A stretch of DNA of 64,000 nt from Leptolyngbyaceae cyanobacterium (GCA_965263355.1 CBDHHL010000032.1:896001-960000), one strand, 5' to 3'; shown: positions 50,847-61,145, counted from the first letter of the stretch. A program made the numbers and translations. Notes: generated from the sequence alone by a model not told the origin.

Positions 50847-52337
50847 ATGACCGCTGCGGCACCTGCAAAGACCGAGTACGAAGCCGTCATTGGCTTAGAG
50901 ATCCACTGCCAACTCAGCACCAACACCAAAATTTTCACCCCCAGCTCAGCTGAGTTTGGGGCAGCCCCCAATACCCACATTGATCCCATTACCTTGGGTA
51001 TGCCTGGGGTGCTACCGGTGCTTAACGAAAAGGTTTTGGAATACGCGGTCAAAACGGGCCTGGCCCTAAATTGCCAGATCGCTCCTTACAGCAAGTTTGA
51101 CCGTAAGCAGTACTTCTATCCTGACCTGCCCAAAAACTACCAAATTTCCCAGTATGACCTGCCCATTGCTGAGCACGGTTGGATTGAAATTGAACTGGTC
51201 GATAAAAAGAGCGGCAATGTAGACCGTAAGAAGATCGGCATCACTCGTCTACATATGGAAGAAGATGCCGGCAAACTAGTCCACGCTGGTAGTGATCGAC
51301 TTGCCGGCTCTACTTACTCATTAGTGGACTACAACCGAGCAGGGGTGCCGCTGGTTGAAATCGTCTCCGAACCTGATTTACGTACAGGCAAAGAAGCCGC
51401 TGAATATGCCCAGGAAATCCGCCGAGTTGTCCGCTACTTGGGTGTGGGTGACGGCAATATGCAGGAAGGGTCTCTGCGCTGTGATGTCAACATTTCCATC
51501 CGGCCCAAGGGACAGGAAGCCTTTGGTACCAAGGTAGAAATCAAAAACATGAACTCCTTCAGCGCTATTCAAAAGGCGATTGAGTACGAAATTGAACGTC
51601 AGACTGAAGCTGTAGAAAGCGGTGACGAAGAAATCATTCAAGAAACTCGTCTGTGGGATGAAAGCACCCAGGTTACTAAGAGCATGCGCTCTAAGGAAGG
51701 TTCTAGTGACTATCGTTACTTCCCAGAGCCTGACCTACCTCCGATCGAAGTGTCTAAAGAGCAGCTCGAAAGCTGGAAATCGGAGTTGCCTGAGCTGCCA
51801 GTTGACAAACGCCATCGCTATGAAACCGAGCTAGGATTATCTGCCTACGATACCCGCGTGATTACCGACGACGCCAGCATTGCCGACTATTTTGAGCGGA
51901 CTATTGCCACTGGAGCTGAGGCTAAGACCTCCGCCAACTGGGTGATGGGTGATATTGCCGGTTACCTTAATGCCGAAAAGCTCGCTATCGGTGATATTGC
52001 TTTAACACCAGAGAATTTGGGTGAAATGGTTAACCTGATCACCTCCGGCACCATCAGCAATAAGATTGGCAAGGATCTGCTACCCACACTGCTCAAAGAA
52101 GGGGGATCCCCAAAAGCCATTGTCGAAGAAAAAGGGTTGGTCCAGATTTCTGACCCCGCTGCCATTGAGGCGATCATCGATGAAGTCATGGCGGACAACC
52201 CAGATGAGTTAGCAAAATATCGGGCTGGCAAAAAGAAACTTCAAGGCTTTTTCGTTGGCCAGGTGATGAAACGTTCTGGTGGAAGGGTTGACCCTAAACT
52301 AACTAACCAGTTACTTGGCAAAAAGCTAAATGGGTAA
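50847..52337 (+). CDS. gatB: Asp-tRNA(Asn)/Glu-tRNA(Gln) amidotransferase subunit B
   Basis: IGLEIHCQL, FDRKQYFYPDLPK, HMEEDAGK, EGSLRCDVN, DYRYFPEPDL. Confidence 0.98.
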   Translation: MTAAAPAKTEYEAVIGLEIHCQLSTNTKIFTPSSAEFGAAPNTHIDPITLGMPGVLPVLNEKVLEYAVKTGLALNCQIAPYSKFDRKQYFYPDLPKNYQISQYDLPIAEHGWIEIELVDKKSGNVDRKKIGITRLHMEEDAGKLVHAGSDRLAGSTYSLVDYNRAGVPLVEIVSEPDLRTGKEAAEYAQEIRRVVRYLGVGDGNMQEGSLRCDVNISIRPKGQEAFGTKVEIKNMNSFSAIQKAIEYEIERQTEAVESGDEEIIQETRLWDESTQVTKSMRSKEGSSDYRYFPEPDLPPIEVSKEQLESWKSELPELPVDKRHRYETELGLSAYDTRVITDDASIADYFERTIATGAEAKTSANWVMGDIAGYLNAEKLAIGDIALTPENLGEMVNLITSGTISNKIGKDLLPTLLKEGGSPKAIVEEKGLVQISDPAAIEAIIDEVMADNPDELAKYRAGKKKLQGFFVGQVMKRSGGRVDPKLTNQLLGKKLNG

Positions 52338-52521
52338 ACTGGACGTATGGTTACCTGACAGTTATCCTATTTCAGGATAGAAACAGGCACTCACCTGGGC
52401 TAATTGCCCCTGAATTGGCGGGCTTTACATCAACTTTAAGATTGTAAAGTTCTAACAAAATTCCAAAAAAAACTAAATAGGGGGTTACACCCCACACCCC
52501 ATCCGTGGCATACTATGTTAA

Positions 52522-52568
52522 GTAGATGCACCCTGATGGTTGGAGAGCTTGCAGCTCTCCTTTTTTTT
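52522..52568 (+). ncRNA. Candidate small RNA, NsiR1-like 5' sequence with an intrinsic terminator
   Basis: -10-like TACTAT (52511-52516), then GTAGATGCACCCTGAT, hairpin GGAGAGCT-tgc-AGCTCTCC and T8; the NsiR1 resemblance is from memory. Confidence 0.55.
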
Positions 52569-52797
52569 GGGCATTTTTCAGTAGGTGTAGAAAATTGTCT
52601 GGAACCATTGTTAGGTCTTCAATTCTGCTAACTATTCCCACTAAAAAATGCTCTCGTAGTCTGTCAGGTCACTCCTCACCCCTCACCCTGATCATTAACG
52701 TTTGCTCCAATTTATTTTCATTCCCAGGGCAACTTTGTAGAGTATGGCAAGGACATTTATTGCCTTATTCCTTAATCTCTATTGCTCCTTCAGCTGC

Positions 52798-53508
52798 ATG
52801 CTTCAACTCATCAATGTTTTACCTCCAGCCAAGCAGCATAAGCTTCGTAAACATCTCAACAAACATCGCTCACTATTAGAATTTGATAACTCTAGCTATG
52901 GCGTGGGGCGACAGCGTTACTGGCTAGAACATCAGCCAATTTTAGGTAGCGGTGGCAGATCGTACCAACCCGCTGTGCGACAGCCTCAATTTTGGGATTT
53001 TTGTCAAACTATTTATCAACGGGCCAGCCGTATTGCCCTGCCAGATCAGGAAGCCCTCAAACCGGATCTAGGCCTGATTGCCTACGGCGGTGTTGGCATT
53101 CGTGCACATCGTGACGATCCCTATGCCGCTTGTCCAGCAGTTAGTATCAATCTTTCTATCAACCCTACCCAATGGGGCTATACCCCCACCTATCCTGGTT
53201 TTGCTAAACGTCGTCCTAAACGAGCATCAGAGCAAATTTATCGATTACCACCGGGGGCGATCATTATGTTTAATAGTCAAAATCCCCACCGTGTGATTAA
53301 TCCTGATTTGGAACGGTGGTCTATCAATCTGTGGCGGATTTCCTCCGCTTGCCGCCCCTACTTTCAAAGCTATTTGGATGCCTGTGCTGACGATAATGCG
53401 GTAAGCTTTTTGCCACAGGTGGGAGAAAACGACCATGAACCAGATCGAGCAAAAGGACCTAGAAATTGGGAGCCTACAGTGGGTATACCGCGAACTAGTC
53501 CCCAATAG
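52798..53508 (+). CDS. Putative 2OG-Fe(II) dioxygenase (AlkB-like fold)
   Basis: HxD (AHRDD), VSINL, GAIIMF..PHRV (distal His), ERWSINLWR; the C-terminus overlaps the next gene by 74 bp. Confidence 0.65.
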   Translation: MLQLINVLPPAKQHKLRKHLNKHRSLLEFDNSSYGVGRQRYWLEHQPILGSGGRSYQPAVRQPQFWDFCQTIYQRASRIALPDQEALKPDLGLIAYGGVGIRAHRDDPYAACPAVSINLSINPTQWGYTPTYPGFAKRRPKRASEQIYRLPPGAIIMFNSQNPHRVINPDLERWSINLWRISSACRPYFQSYLDACADDNAVSFLPQVGENDHEPDRAKGPRNWEPTVGIPRTSPQ

Positions 53509-54286
53509 TCCCAACGATAAACCACCTGTTTTGATGCTCCATGGGTTAGTCTCCCAAAGTTATAGTTGGCGTGATGTGATGCCCGCCCTGGCAGAACAGG
53601 GCTTTCGTAGCATTGCCCCCGACTGGATCGGCCATGGATCATCCTCAAAGCCAGATAAGCGTGAGTTTGCTTACGATCAAACCAGTTATTTCAAGGCCCT
53701 CAGCGCCTATATTGAGGCATTGGAATTAACTCGATTTTCTTTGGTGGTGCAGGGCTTTTTAGGCGTCACCGGGCTACTCTACGCCGCCAAAAATCCTGAC
53801 AAAATTGAAAAGCTGGTTATTCTCAACACTCCCTTACCACCGACAGCAGATCTACCGTTTCCTGTAAAAATGATGGGCTGGCCCTTTGTGGGTGACATGA
53901 TGACCCAGGATCCGCTCCTGGTAGACCGTACCCTGGAAGGCGGTGGCCCTTACCAGGTGGACGATGAAGATTTGGATATCTATCGGCGTCCATTTCTAAA
54001 AAGTTCTGATGTGGGCCGTGCTCTGATGTGGACCATTCGAGCGATGAAAACACCCCAAATCACTCAGCAAATCGCCCAAGACTTTGCTAATTGGTCCCGT
54101 CCTACACTAGTCGCCTGGGGCATTTCAGATCCCTGGCTATCGGCGGAAAATGCAAAAGCCTTTGCCCAAGGACTTGAGAACGGTGAGTACGTGGAACTTG
54201 AAGAGGTTGGCCATTACGCCCAGGAAGATTGGGCAGATAAGGTCAGTGAAGCAGTGGTGCCATTCTTGCGAAAGCAAGCAGTTTAG
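53435..54286 (+). CDS. Alpha/beta hydrolase (haloalkane-dehalogenase-like)
   Basis: MLHG, APDWIGHGSS, GHYAQED. Confidence 0.85.
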   Translation: MNQIEQKDLEIGSLQWVYRELVPNSPNDKPPVLMLHGLVSQSYSWRDVMPALAEQGFRSIAPDWIGHGSSSKPDKREFAYDQTSYFKALSAYIEALELTRFSLVVQGFLGVTGLLYAAKNPDKIEKLVILNTPLPPTADLPFPVKMMGWPFVGDMMTQDPLLVDRTLEGGGPYQVDDEDLDIYRRPFLKSSDVGRALMWTIRAMKTPQITQQIAQDFANWSRPTLVAWGISDPWLSAENAKAFAQGLENGEYVELEEVGHYAQEDWADKVSEAVVPFLRKQAV

Positions 54287-54341
54287 AGAGTTTTAATTCA
54301 CTCCTCACGGTCTCAACCGAAATTTTAGCGTTGACACTGCC

Positions 54342-54579
54342 CTAGGTGAATTGGTCAGGATCTATCCCTAAGGCCCATAGTTGTTCTGCTAGTTTAGAAG
54401 CTGTAGATAACTCCCAGTCGCGCATCTTCCTGCAGCTTACTCCCCAGTTCATTTCCGACTTTGGTCGCAACAATCTCGATGACAACATCAGGTGATTTAC
54501 CAAATTCCCATACCAAGTATGTGCGGTTTTTCTCCGTGGGAAACGCATCTAGTCCTAAAGAGACATCATTAGACAGGAA
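54342..54579 (-). pseudogene. Uma2-family remnant with an internal deletion
   Basis: Minus strand reads FLSNDVSL..EKNRTYLVWEFGKSPDVVIEIV..GNELGSKL..ARLGV, stops, then in another frame the typical tail KLAEQLWALGIDPDQ. Confidence 0.7.
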
Positions 54580-54581
54580 CT

Positions 54582-54974
54582 TTATTCACTCTTTTGTTGG
54601 ATATCTCTGGCGCTCAATGTTGTTTGCAACTCTGTAAGTATTAGAGCTTGCTCTTTTTGGAGATTCTCTAGTCTGGCCAAGATACTGATTAATTTTTGCT
54701 CTACAAGTTCGTCAGTTGGAGCGCTTGAAGTAGACGGAATTTTTGCGAGTAACCAACGCACCAGGAAAAAAGGAGATTTTCCTAACCATTTAAGGAGACG
54801 ACGTAGGAGCTGACCAATCAGGGAGATACTTAATTGCAGAAAAATGATCAGGGCGATTGCGATCGCAAACAACCAATACGGATGATGCAGCCCCCACAAA
54901 AATGCTGTTTCCGTTGGCGTTAATATTGCCCCTGCCAGGACAGTGGGCATTGCCCACCCTATAGTAATCATCAT
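54582..54974 (-). CDS. Hypothetical membrane protein with a C-terminal coiled coil
   Basis: Hydrophobic segment then LARLENLQKEQALIL; co-oriented with the upstream hydrolase. Confidence 0.6.
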   Translation of the reverse strand: MMITIGWAMPTVLAGAILTPTETAFLWGLHHPYWLFAIAIALIIFLQLSISLIGQLLRRLLKWLGKSPFFLVRWLLAKIPSTSSAPTDELVEQKLISILARLENLQKEQALILTELQTTLSARDIQQKSE

Positions 54975-55013
54975 CTCACTCTTTATGCTTCACCCCAACC
55001 CTTACCAATCATC

Positions 55014-56063
55014 TCACCGACCACGGCGGAACCGCTTACGATTTTTCAACTCTCGTTTCACAGCAATGCTCCATTTATCCACCAACGTCATCATGGCAGG
55101 CATATCCCGCGAGACTTTATCCTCCCAACCTAGCTCAGCCACCACCGACTTAAATGTACGCCGCTTAGTCATCCGATAGGCAATCTCCTCCACCTCATGC
55201 CAGGTCAATTGGCTTTCAATATTGGCCTTAGTAATTACCGTTAATAGGCTGGTATATCGATTTCCCTCCGCCTCAGTCATCATAGTATGGGGAATATCTA
55301 ACACTCGAGCAAAGCAGTGGTACCAGCAATAGGGTTGATGTTCTAAGGCTGCTTCAAAAAAGCGCTCATGATCATAATTATTAACAGCTCGATCGCTTTC
55401 ACTAGAGACCATAAAAATTGGCGCAATGGGAGATTTTTTGACCCGCTTAAAGTTATATTTTGCAATTCGTAGCACCGCCCGCAGAGCAGAAATCTCAAAC
55501 CCTGGATAGCTCGGCCCCATCAGTTGTTCCCACTCAAAATAGGTGTCGATGTGGTTAACAAATAGATCAATTACTTTGCTACTAGCACTAAAATAGGGCG
55601 CAAACAAAATTGTCCGGTAGACATCATCGGCCTTTTCCATCGCCAACCAGGTAGCCAGGGTAGCTCCCCCCGACAACCCCCCAATAATCACCTTAGCCCC
55701 CATCTTTTTAGCAATTTGGAGCCACTGGAGTCCAAACTTAAGATATAGCCGTGGATCGTCCGTCAACGGGGGTGGATTACTCGGTCCCCAATTACCGGCT
55801 AAGCCGTGGTAGGGCAGTAAAGGGACCAATACGTTATAGCCAGCCTTATGCATGGTCTGAGCCATGGGAATAAATTGATAAGGCCCCGCCGTAAATCCAT
55901 GGAAAAACAAACAAACCTTATCAGTAGGTTGACTATGGAATAAAAAGTACGAACGGCACAGATTATCAATCAGTGATAACTCTGATTCACGAGCCGATAT
56001 TTTGCTCTCTATAACCTTTTTAAGTGTTAGGTAGTCTGCCATAGCAACATGATGTCTGGGCAT
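55014..56063 (-). CDS. Alpha/beta hydrolase (carboxylesterase-like)
   Basis: FFHGFT, GLSGG nucleophile elbow, D..V, IPH. Confidence 0.85.
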   Translation of the reverse strand: MPRHHVAMADYLTLKKVIESKISARESELSLIDNLCRSYFLFHSQPTDKVCLFFHGFTAGPYQFIPMAQTMHKAGYNVLVPLLPYHGLAGNWGPSNPPPLTDDPRLYLKFGLQWLQIAKKMGAKVIIGGLSGGATLATWLAMEKADDVYRTILFAPYFSASSKVIDLFVNHIDTYFEWEQLMGPSYPGFEISALRAVLRIAKYNFKRVKKSPIAPIFMVSSESDRAVNNYDHERFFEAALEHQPYCWYHCFARVLDIPHTMMTEAEGNRYTSLLTVITKANIESQLTWHEVEEIAYRMTKRRTFKSVVAELGWEDKVSRDMPAMMTLVDKWSIAVKRELKNRKRFRRGR

Positions 56064-56169
56064 AGTCGCATACTACCGCTCAGACTTTACATATTCCTCA
56101 AGAATACGGGACTGCTTAATATCTTGGTCAAAGAGTAGCCTGAGAGGGTATCTTTATTGCCTAAAACTT

Positions 56170-56511
56170 CTATTCTTGAGACGTTGACTTTTCAGTTGAT
56201 GTCTCCTCAGGTCGCCGCTGCTTATCCGCATTGCTTGTCAGTAATAAGACAGTTCCACTGCCATCTACAATGCATGAGCCCCACTCGTTGGGTACTTCGG
56301 CAACAGACCAAAGGATCAAAAATGTGCCGTCTTCCATTGCCTCTGCTGGGTTTAATGTTGGCGTTCGCTCAGGTGCTGCCACGGTTTCATAACAGCGATG
56401 GGCAATCGCTTCAACATCATTTGGAATCACTAGTTTCTTAGGACCACAGGCACTTACGCCCGTCAACAGCAATAACAATAGGTAACGCAGCTTAGTCGCC
56501 TCCATGGTCAT
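56170..56511 (-). CDS. Hypothetical lipoprotein
   Basis: Signal peptide LLLLLLTGVSAC (lipobox); likely start at MTMEAT. Confidence 0.6.
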   Translation of the reverse strand: MTMEATKLRYLLLLLLTGVSACGPKKLVIPNDVEAIAHRCYETVAAPERTPTLNPAEAMEDGTFLILWSVAEVPNEWGSCIVDGSGTVLLLTSNADKQRRPEETSTEKSTSQE

Positions 56512-56662
56512 CGGGCTGAAATCGATAAAATTTCCACAGCGCTTAAATCGTTCCCAGCGGTAATCAACGGATATCCTCGACAGAATCATTCCTTAAATCA
56601 GTAACGCCCTTACAATCAATAGAAGCTGGTAGCAGCTTACAGAACTTTTAGACCCAGTCCCC

Positions 56663-57169
56663 ATGCAATTATTTCCCTTAGTCCTCTCCCTACTAATTGC
56701 CGTTTGCCTAGCGTTTACTGGTTTACCGGCGATAGCTGCGCCTGTGGCAGTCTTACCGGGTCTAAAGGGCGTCTTTACAGGCACACCGCCCACCGACATT
56801 GGTCTTCATGATGCCCAATTGATTGCCTGTCCAACGTCGCCTAACTGTGTCAGCAGCAGTGCCAGGGATGACGAGCACTATATTGCTCCGATTGCCTATT
56901 CAGCAGATAAAGACGCTGTCCTGGATAAGCTGGTGGCCATTATTAACAATCAGCCTCGTACGGAGATTATTGAACAAACGGATGATTACATTTTGGTAGA
57001 GTTTACAAGCCGTTTAATGGGGTTTGTGGACGATGCTGAATTTTACTTTCTACCCAATGAAAAGGCCATTGCCATGCGATCTGCAGCGCGGTTGGGTGAG
57101 TCTGATTTAGGTGTGAACCGGCGGCGATTAGAGCAGTTTCGTCTAGTATTACAGAATTTGGGGGCCTAG
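56663..57169 (+). CDS. DUF1499 family protein
   Basis: CPTSPNCVSS, GFVDDAEF, RSAARLGESDLGVNRRR. Confidence 0.92.
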   Translation: MQLFPLVLSLLIAVCLAFTGLPAIAAPVAVLPGLKGVFTGTPPTDIGLHDAQLIACPTSPNCVSSSARDDEHYIAPIAYSADKDAVLDKLVAIINNQPRTEIIEQTDDYILVEFTSRLMGFVDDAEFYFLPNEKAIAMRSAARLGESDLGVNRRRLEQFRLVLQNLGA

Positions 57170-57175
57170 TGATGT

Positions 57176-58042
57176 ATGGCGAGCGTGCCAACCGTAGCTG
57201 CTGATTCTTACCAAATCCGCCCCATGAGTCGCCGCGAGCTAGACCTTGCCGTTGACTGGGCTGCTGCAGAGGGATGGAATCCAGGTCTGCACGATGCAAA
57301 TTGCTTTTACCAGGCTGACCCGACTGGATTTCTAATGGGGTTTCTCGATGGCAAGCCCATCGCCTCGATTTCAGCGGTTAAGTACGGTGAATCCTTTGGC
57401 TTTATTGGCTTTTATATTGTACAGCCAGACTTTCGAGGTCAAGGGTATGGGTTAGCCATTTGGAGAACTGCCCTTAATTATTTGCAGGGGCGTAATATTG
57501 GTTTAGACGGTGTCGTTGCCCAGCAGGATAACTACGCAAAGTCTGGGTTTAGCCTGGCCTATCGGAATATCCGGTATGAAGGTGTGGGTAACGGTCAGGC
57601 GCAGGGGTCAAACTGTATGCCATTGGCCGATTTGCCATTGGAAACTGTGCTTGAGTATGATCGGCGCTTTTTTCCTGAGGTGAGATCGCACTTCACCCAA
57701 TGCTGGACTACCCACCCCAATCACTACGCTGTGGCCAGGGTACAAGCACAAACGCTAACAGGCTATGGCGTCCTACGTCCCTGCCGCAGCGGGCATAAGA
57801 TTGGGCCGCTCTTTGCTGATACAGCCGCTGTGGCCAATGAAATTTTTCAGACCTTGGTGGCTCAGGTTCCGGCAGGCAGCAAATTTTATTTAGATGTCCC
57901 GGAAGTTAATGGTGACGCTATCGCACTGGCTAAGCGGTACAACCTGAACTATGCATTTGAAACAGCCCGGATGTATACCCAAGCAGCCCCAGACTTACCA
58001 TTAGACAGAATTTTTGGGGTCACTACCTTTGAGTTGGGCTAG
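57176..58042 (+). CDS. GNAT N-acetyltransferase (YitH-like)
   Basis: WAAAEGWNPG, FRGQGYG, KIGPLFAD, FETARMY. Confidence 0.9.
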   Translation: MASVPTVAADSYQIRPMSRRELDLAVDWAAAEGWNPGLHDANCFYQADPTGFLMGFLDGKPIASISAVKYGESFGFIGFYIVQPDFRGQGYGLAIWRTALNYLQGRNIGLDGVVAQQDNYAKSGFSLAYRNIRYEGVGNGQAQGSNCMPLADLPLETVLEYDRRFFPEVRSHFTQCWTTHPNHYAVARVQAQTLTGYGVLRPCRSGHKIGPLFADTAAVANEIFQTLVAQVPAGSKFYLDVPEVNGDAIALAKRYNLNYAFETARMYTQAAPDLPLDRIFGVTTFELG

Positions 58043-58111
58043 TGCCCACGCCCTAGAACGCTACAATATTAGAAATATTAAGTGTTCGTTACATTGGGAA
58101 GGAAGTTGGTT

Positions 58112-59758
58112 ATGGGGCGCAAGCAAGCCATCGTCATTGGGGCTGGAATTGGTGGACTAGCCATGGGCATCCGCCTCCAGAGCTTAGGATTTGATACCAC
58201 CATTGTGGAAATGCTAGACGCCCCCGGTGGTCGTGCCTATGTACGCAAGGCAGACGGGTTTACCTTTGATATGGGGCCAACCGTGATTACCGTCCCCCAC
58301 TTTATTGAGGAGCTATTCTCCCTGGGGCGTGATAAAGCTGCCTTAACCCAAGATGATTTTCCAGCAGACATTGTTGATGAGAGCAAGCGTATCAAATCCG
58401 GCATTTCTGGCGGACCTAACACCAGTCGCTACGTCAAAATTGTTCCGGTTCTTCCTTTTTACCGCATCTACTTTGATGATGGCACCTTCTTTGACTACGA
58501 CAGCGACCCTGAGAACACCCACCGACAGATTTTAGAACTGGGTGAACCTGGCGATTTAGAAGGCTACGAACGTTTCCATGCTGCCGCTAAAGCCGTTTTT
58601 GAGCGAGGCTTTTTACAATTAGGCTATACCCACTTTGGTAGTGTTGGCTCCATGCTGCGGGTGGTGCCCGAACTGCTTAAATTAGATGCGGTACGCACTC
58701 TGTTTAGCTTCGCGAGTAAGTATTTTAAGAGTGACAAACTGCGCCAGGTGTTTAGCTTTGAGCCCTTGCTAGTGGGCGGCAATCCCCTCTCAGTACCTGG
58801 CATCTACGCCATGATCCACTTTGTTGAGAGCACCTGGGGTATTCACTTTGTCATGGGGGGTACTGGCGCTTTAGTTAGTGGCTTTGTGAAAAAATTTGAG
58901 GAGTTGGGTGGAAAGATTGTTTACAACGCCCAAGTCAGCAAGATTAATGTCACAAAGGAAAATGGAACGAAAGTTACTAAGGGCGTGACCCTGGCTGATG
59001 GTACGGTCATGGACGCCAATGCGGTAGTGTCTAATGCTGACTGGGCCACCACCTACGGCAAAATGATTGAGCCCAAATATCGATTCTGGAATAGCGACCT
59101 GCGGGTAAAAGTGACCCAGCAGTCCATGTCAGTATTTGTCATGTATCTCGGCTTTAAGGCCGACGGCAATGAAAATACCAAACTGCGGCACCACAATATC
59201 ATTTTAGGTCCTCGCTACGAAGAGCTATTGAAAGACCTCTTTGGTCGCAAGATTATGCCTAAAGACTACTCTCAATATGTCCACCTACCCACATTGACCG
59301 ATCCTTCCCTGGCACCGGCAGGACACCATGCAGCCTATATTTTGGTCCCCGTGCCCCACAATGGGTCTGGCATCAACTGGGATGAAATGGGCGAGACACT
59401 GAAAGATAGCGTGTTGACATTTATGCATGAACGGGGCTATCTGCCAAACATCAAAGAGCGTTTAGTGCACTGCAGCTACATCACGCCCGACTACTTTGAG
59501 AACACCCTGGATGCTTACATGGGCAATGCGTTTGGCCCTGAACCCCTGTTGATACAGTCAGCGTTCTTTAGACCCCATAATCGCAGTGAGGATATTACAA
59601 ACTTATATATCGTCGGTGCAGGCACACAGCCAGGGGCGGGGACACCTAGCGTGATGATGTCCGCAAAGATGACAGCGCGTCTGGTGGCAGAGGATTTTGC
59701 GATCGCGCCCGAAATCTTAAGTGGCACTTCTGAAGAGAAAGAAGCTTCCCTAGTTTAG
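58112..59758 (+). CDS. crtI: CrtI-family phytoene desaturase
   Basis: [58 protein letters not shown]; likely ATG start at 58112. Confidence 0.8.
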   Translation: MGRKQAIVIGAGIGGLAMGIRLQSLGFDTTIVEMLDAPGGRAYVRKADGFTFDMGPTVITVPHFIEELFSLGRDKAALTQDDFPADIVDESKRIKSGISGGPNTSRYVKIVPVLPFYRIYFDDGTFFDYDSDPENTHRQILELGEPGDLEGYERFHAAAKAVFERGFLQLGYTHFGSVGSMLRVVPELLKLDAVRTLFSFASKYFKSDKLRQVFSFEPLLVGGNPLSVPGIYAMIHFVESTWGIHFVMGGTGALVSGFVKKFEELGGKIVYNAQVSKINVTKENGTKVTKGVTLADGTVMDANAVVSNADWATTYGKMIEPKYRFWNSDLRVKVTQQSMSVFVMYLGFKADGNENTKLRHHNIILGPRYEELLKDLFGRKIMPKDYSQYVHLPTLTDPSLAPAGHHAAYILVPVPHNGSGINWDEMGETLKDSVLTFMHERGYLPNIKERLVHCSYITPDYFENTLDAYMGNAFGPEPLLIQSAFFRPHNRSEDITNLYIVGAGTQPGAGTPSVMMSAKMTARLVAEDFAIAPEILSGTSEEKEASLV

Positions 59759-59792
59759 AAAGTTGTTCGTTAAAGCAAACAACTTTCTAAAC
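59753..59792. terminator. Inverted repeat after crtI
   Basis: GTTTAGAAAGTTGTT-N10-AACAACTTTCTAAAC. Confidence 0.55.
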
Positions 59793-60168
59793 TTGACAAC
59801 TTTTGATTTGTGTCACTTTTTCAACCGATCACAAAATATTAGCTGAGGCCTCGTTTGCTGTAATAGTGACTGGGCCTTTATTTTAGCAATCAATACGTCT
59901 GTTATTCAGAGCATTCTAACGCTCACAAACTAACCATGTATTGACTCAACCATATATAAAAGGTAAAGAAAGACTAAGAGTATTTACCCATTTCACAAAA
60001 ACCACGCCATTATCATAGGCAAGCGAACATAATTAACACTTTGATGGTGGTTCTTGAACATCATCAACACGTTTAGAAGTGGCAGAGGAGTTGCATTATT
60101 TAGATGACTTAGGAGAGACCTGAGTCATTTCATTGACCATTGTATTATCTTTATATCAAGGGGTTCCC

Positions 60169-60348
60169 ATGACACTTTTTCCTGCAATTATAGTGTTCGT
60201 GATCGTTTTTCTGTCTTTCTCTAAAGAAATACTCGGAAAGACCGAAGAACCTAAACAGAAAAAGTTAAAAACTGATGGTACTGAGCCCAGCATGTCCGAT
60301 GTTCTGCTCAGATATAGACTAATGAATGAACTCCAGGAAAAGTCCTAG
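60169..60348 (+). CDS. Small single-TM hypothetical protein
   Basis: AAGGGG RBS, MTLFPAIIVFVIVFLSFS followed by a charged tail; terminator downstream. Confidence 0.55.
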   Translation: MTLFPAIIVFVIVFLSFSKEILGKTEEPKQKKLKTDGTEPSMSDVLLRYRLMNELQEKS

Positions 60349-60397
60349 AGAGAAAAGATTACCCATCACTTGGTGTCAACTTGGCACAAATATATTG

Positions 60398-60434
60398 AAA
60401 GGCCAGCTACTCTTGTAACAAGCTGGTCTTTTTT
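60398..60434 (+). terminator. Intrinsic terminator
   Basis: AAAGGCCAGCT...AGCTGGTCTTTTTT. Confidence 0.6.
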
Positions 60435-60585
60435 AGCTAAGGTGACTTATTTAACCTTTTCCCCAGAAGCATCCATCACCAATTCTGATCAGTTGTTGTT
60501 AACCAATAAAATCGATTTTAGTCTCAATACTTGGCAACACTAATACTCTGCAAATCTGAACCACTCTAAAAAGAAGGAGTTGTTT

Positions 60586-60851
60586 ATGGTGACAAAACGG
60601 AAACAATACAGTGCAGAATTTAAGGCAAAGGTAGCAATAGAAGTCATTTAAGAAAAAACGCCTGAATTAGCTAGCCAACATGCGATCTACCCAACGATGA
60701 TCAATGACTGGCAATGTTAGCCTTTCGAAGAGGCCAGCACCCTGCTTGAAACTATCAAAAGCAAGAATCAACAAAAATTGGGATACCTAAGTTCAAATTA
60801 GTGCACTGTATTATCAAATCGGTCCACTGAAGTTAGAGGGCGATTTTTTAA
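60586..60851 (+). mobile_element. IS3-family transposase OrfA remnant
   Basis: MVTKRKQYSAEFKAKVAIEVI*EKTPELASQHAIYPTMINDW...LYYQIGPLKLEGDFL, with stops and a frameshift. Confidence 0.8.
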
Positions 60852-60855
60852 CCAC

Positions 60856-60979
60856 GGACGGGCATGTCTAGCGTGATGATATCCGCAAAGATGCCAGCCC
60901 GTCTGGTGATTGAGGATTTTGATATCAATCCTTCAGTTTAGCTGGTACTTCTAAAGAGAAAAAAGTCTACTCATTTTGA
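60856..60979 (+). pseudogene. Decayed duplicate of the crtI 3' end
   Basis: CTAGCGTGATGATATCCGCAAAGATGCCAGCCCGTCTGGTGATTGAGGATTTTG matches crtI at about 59646-59700; reads SVMISAKMPARLVIEDF..GTSKEK against [23 protein letters not shown]. Confidence 0.85.
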
Positions 60980-61145
60980 CTTAAACCGCATTCAAATTGA
61001 AAACTGGAGACTCCTCTATAGGAAAACTACAGTTCTAGATGTGAATAAGGTTTAATAAATTCCCTATTTTGTTACTTTTTCCAGAGGGTAGTAGAGAATT
61101 GATTAGTCGGCCAAGAAATTAGCTTTGGAGCTTAAGAATAGAATC

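Noticed and set aside
52526..52879. 117-aa ORF
   Set aside because: It runs through a terminator hairpin and T8 and overlaps the next gene; the sRNA interpretation fits better.
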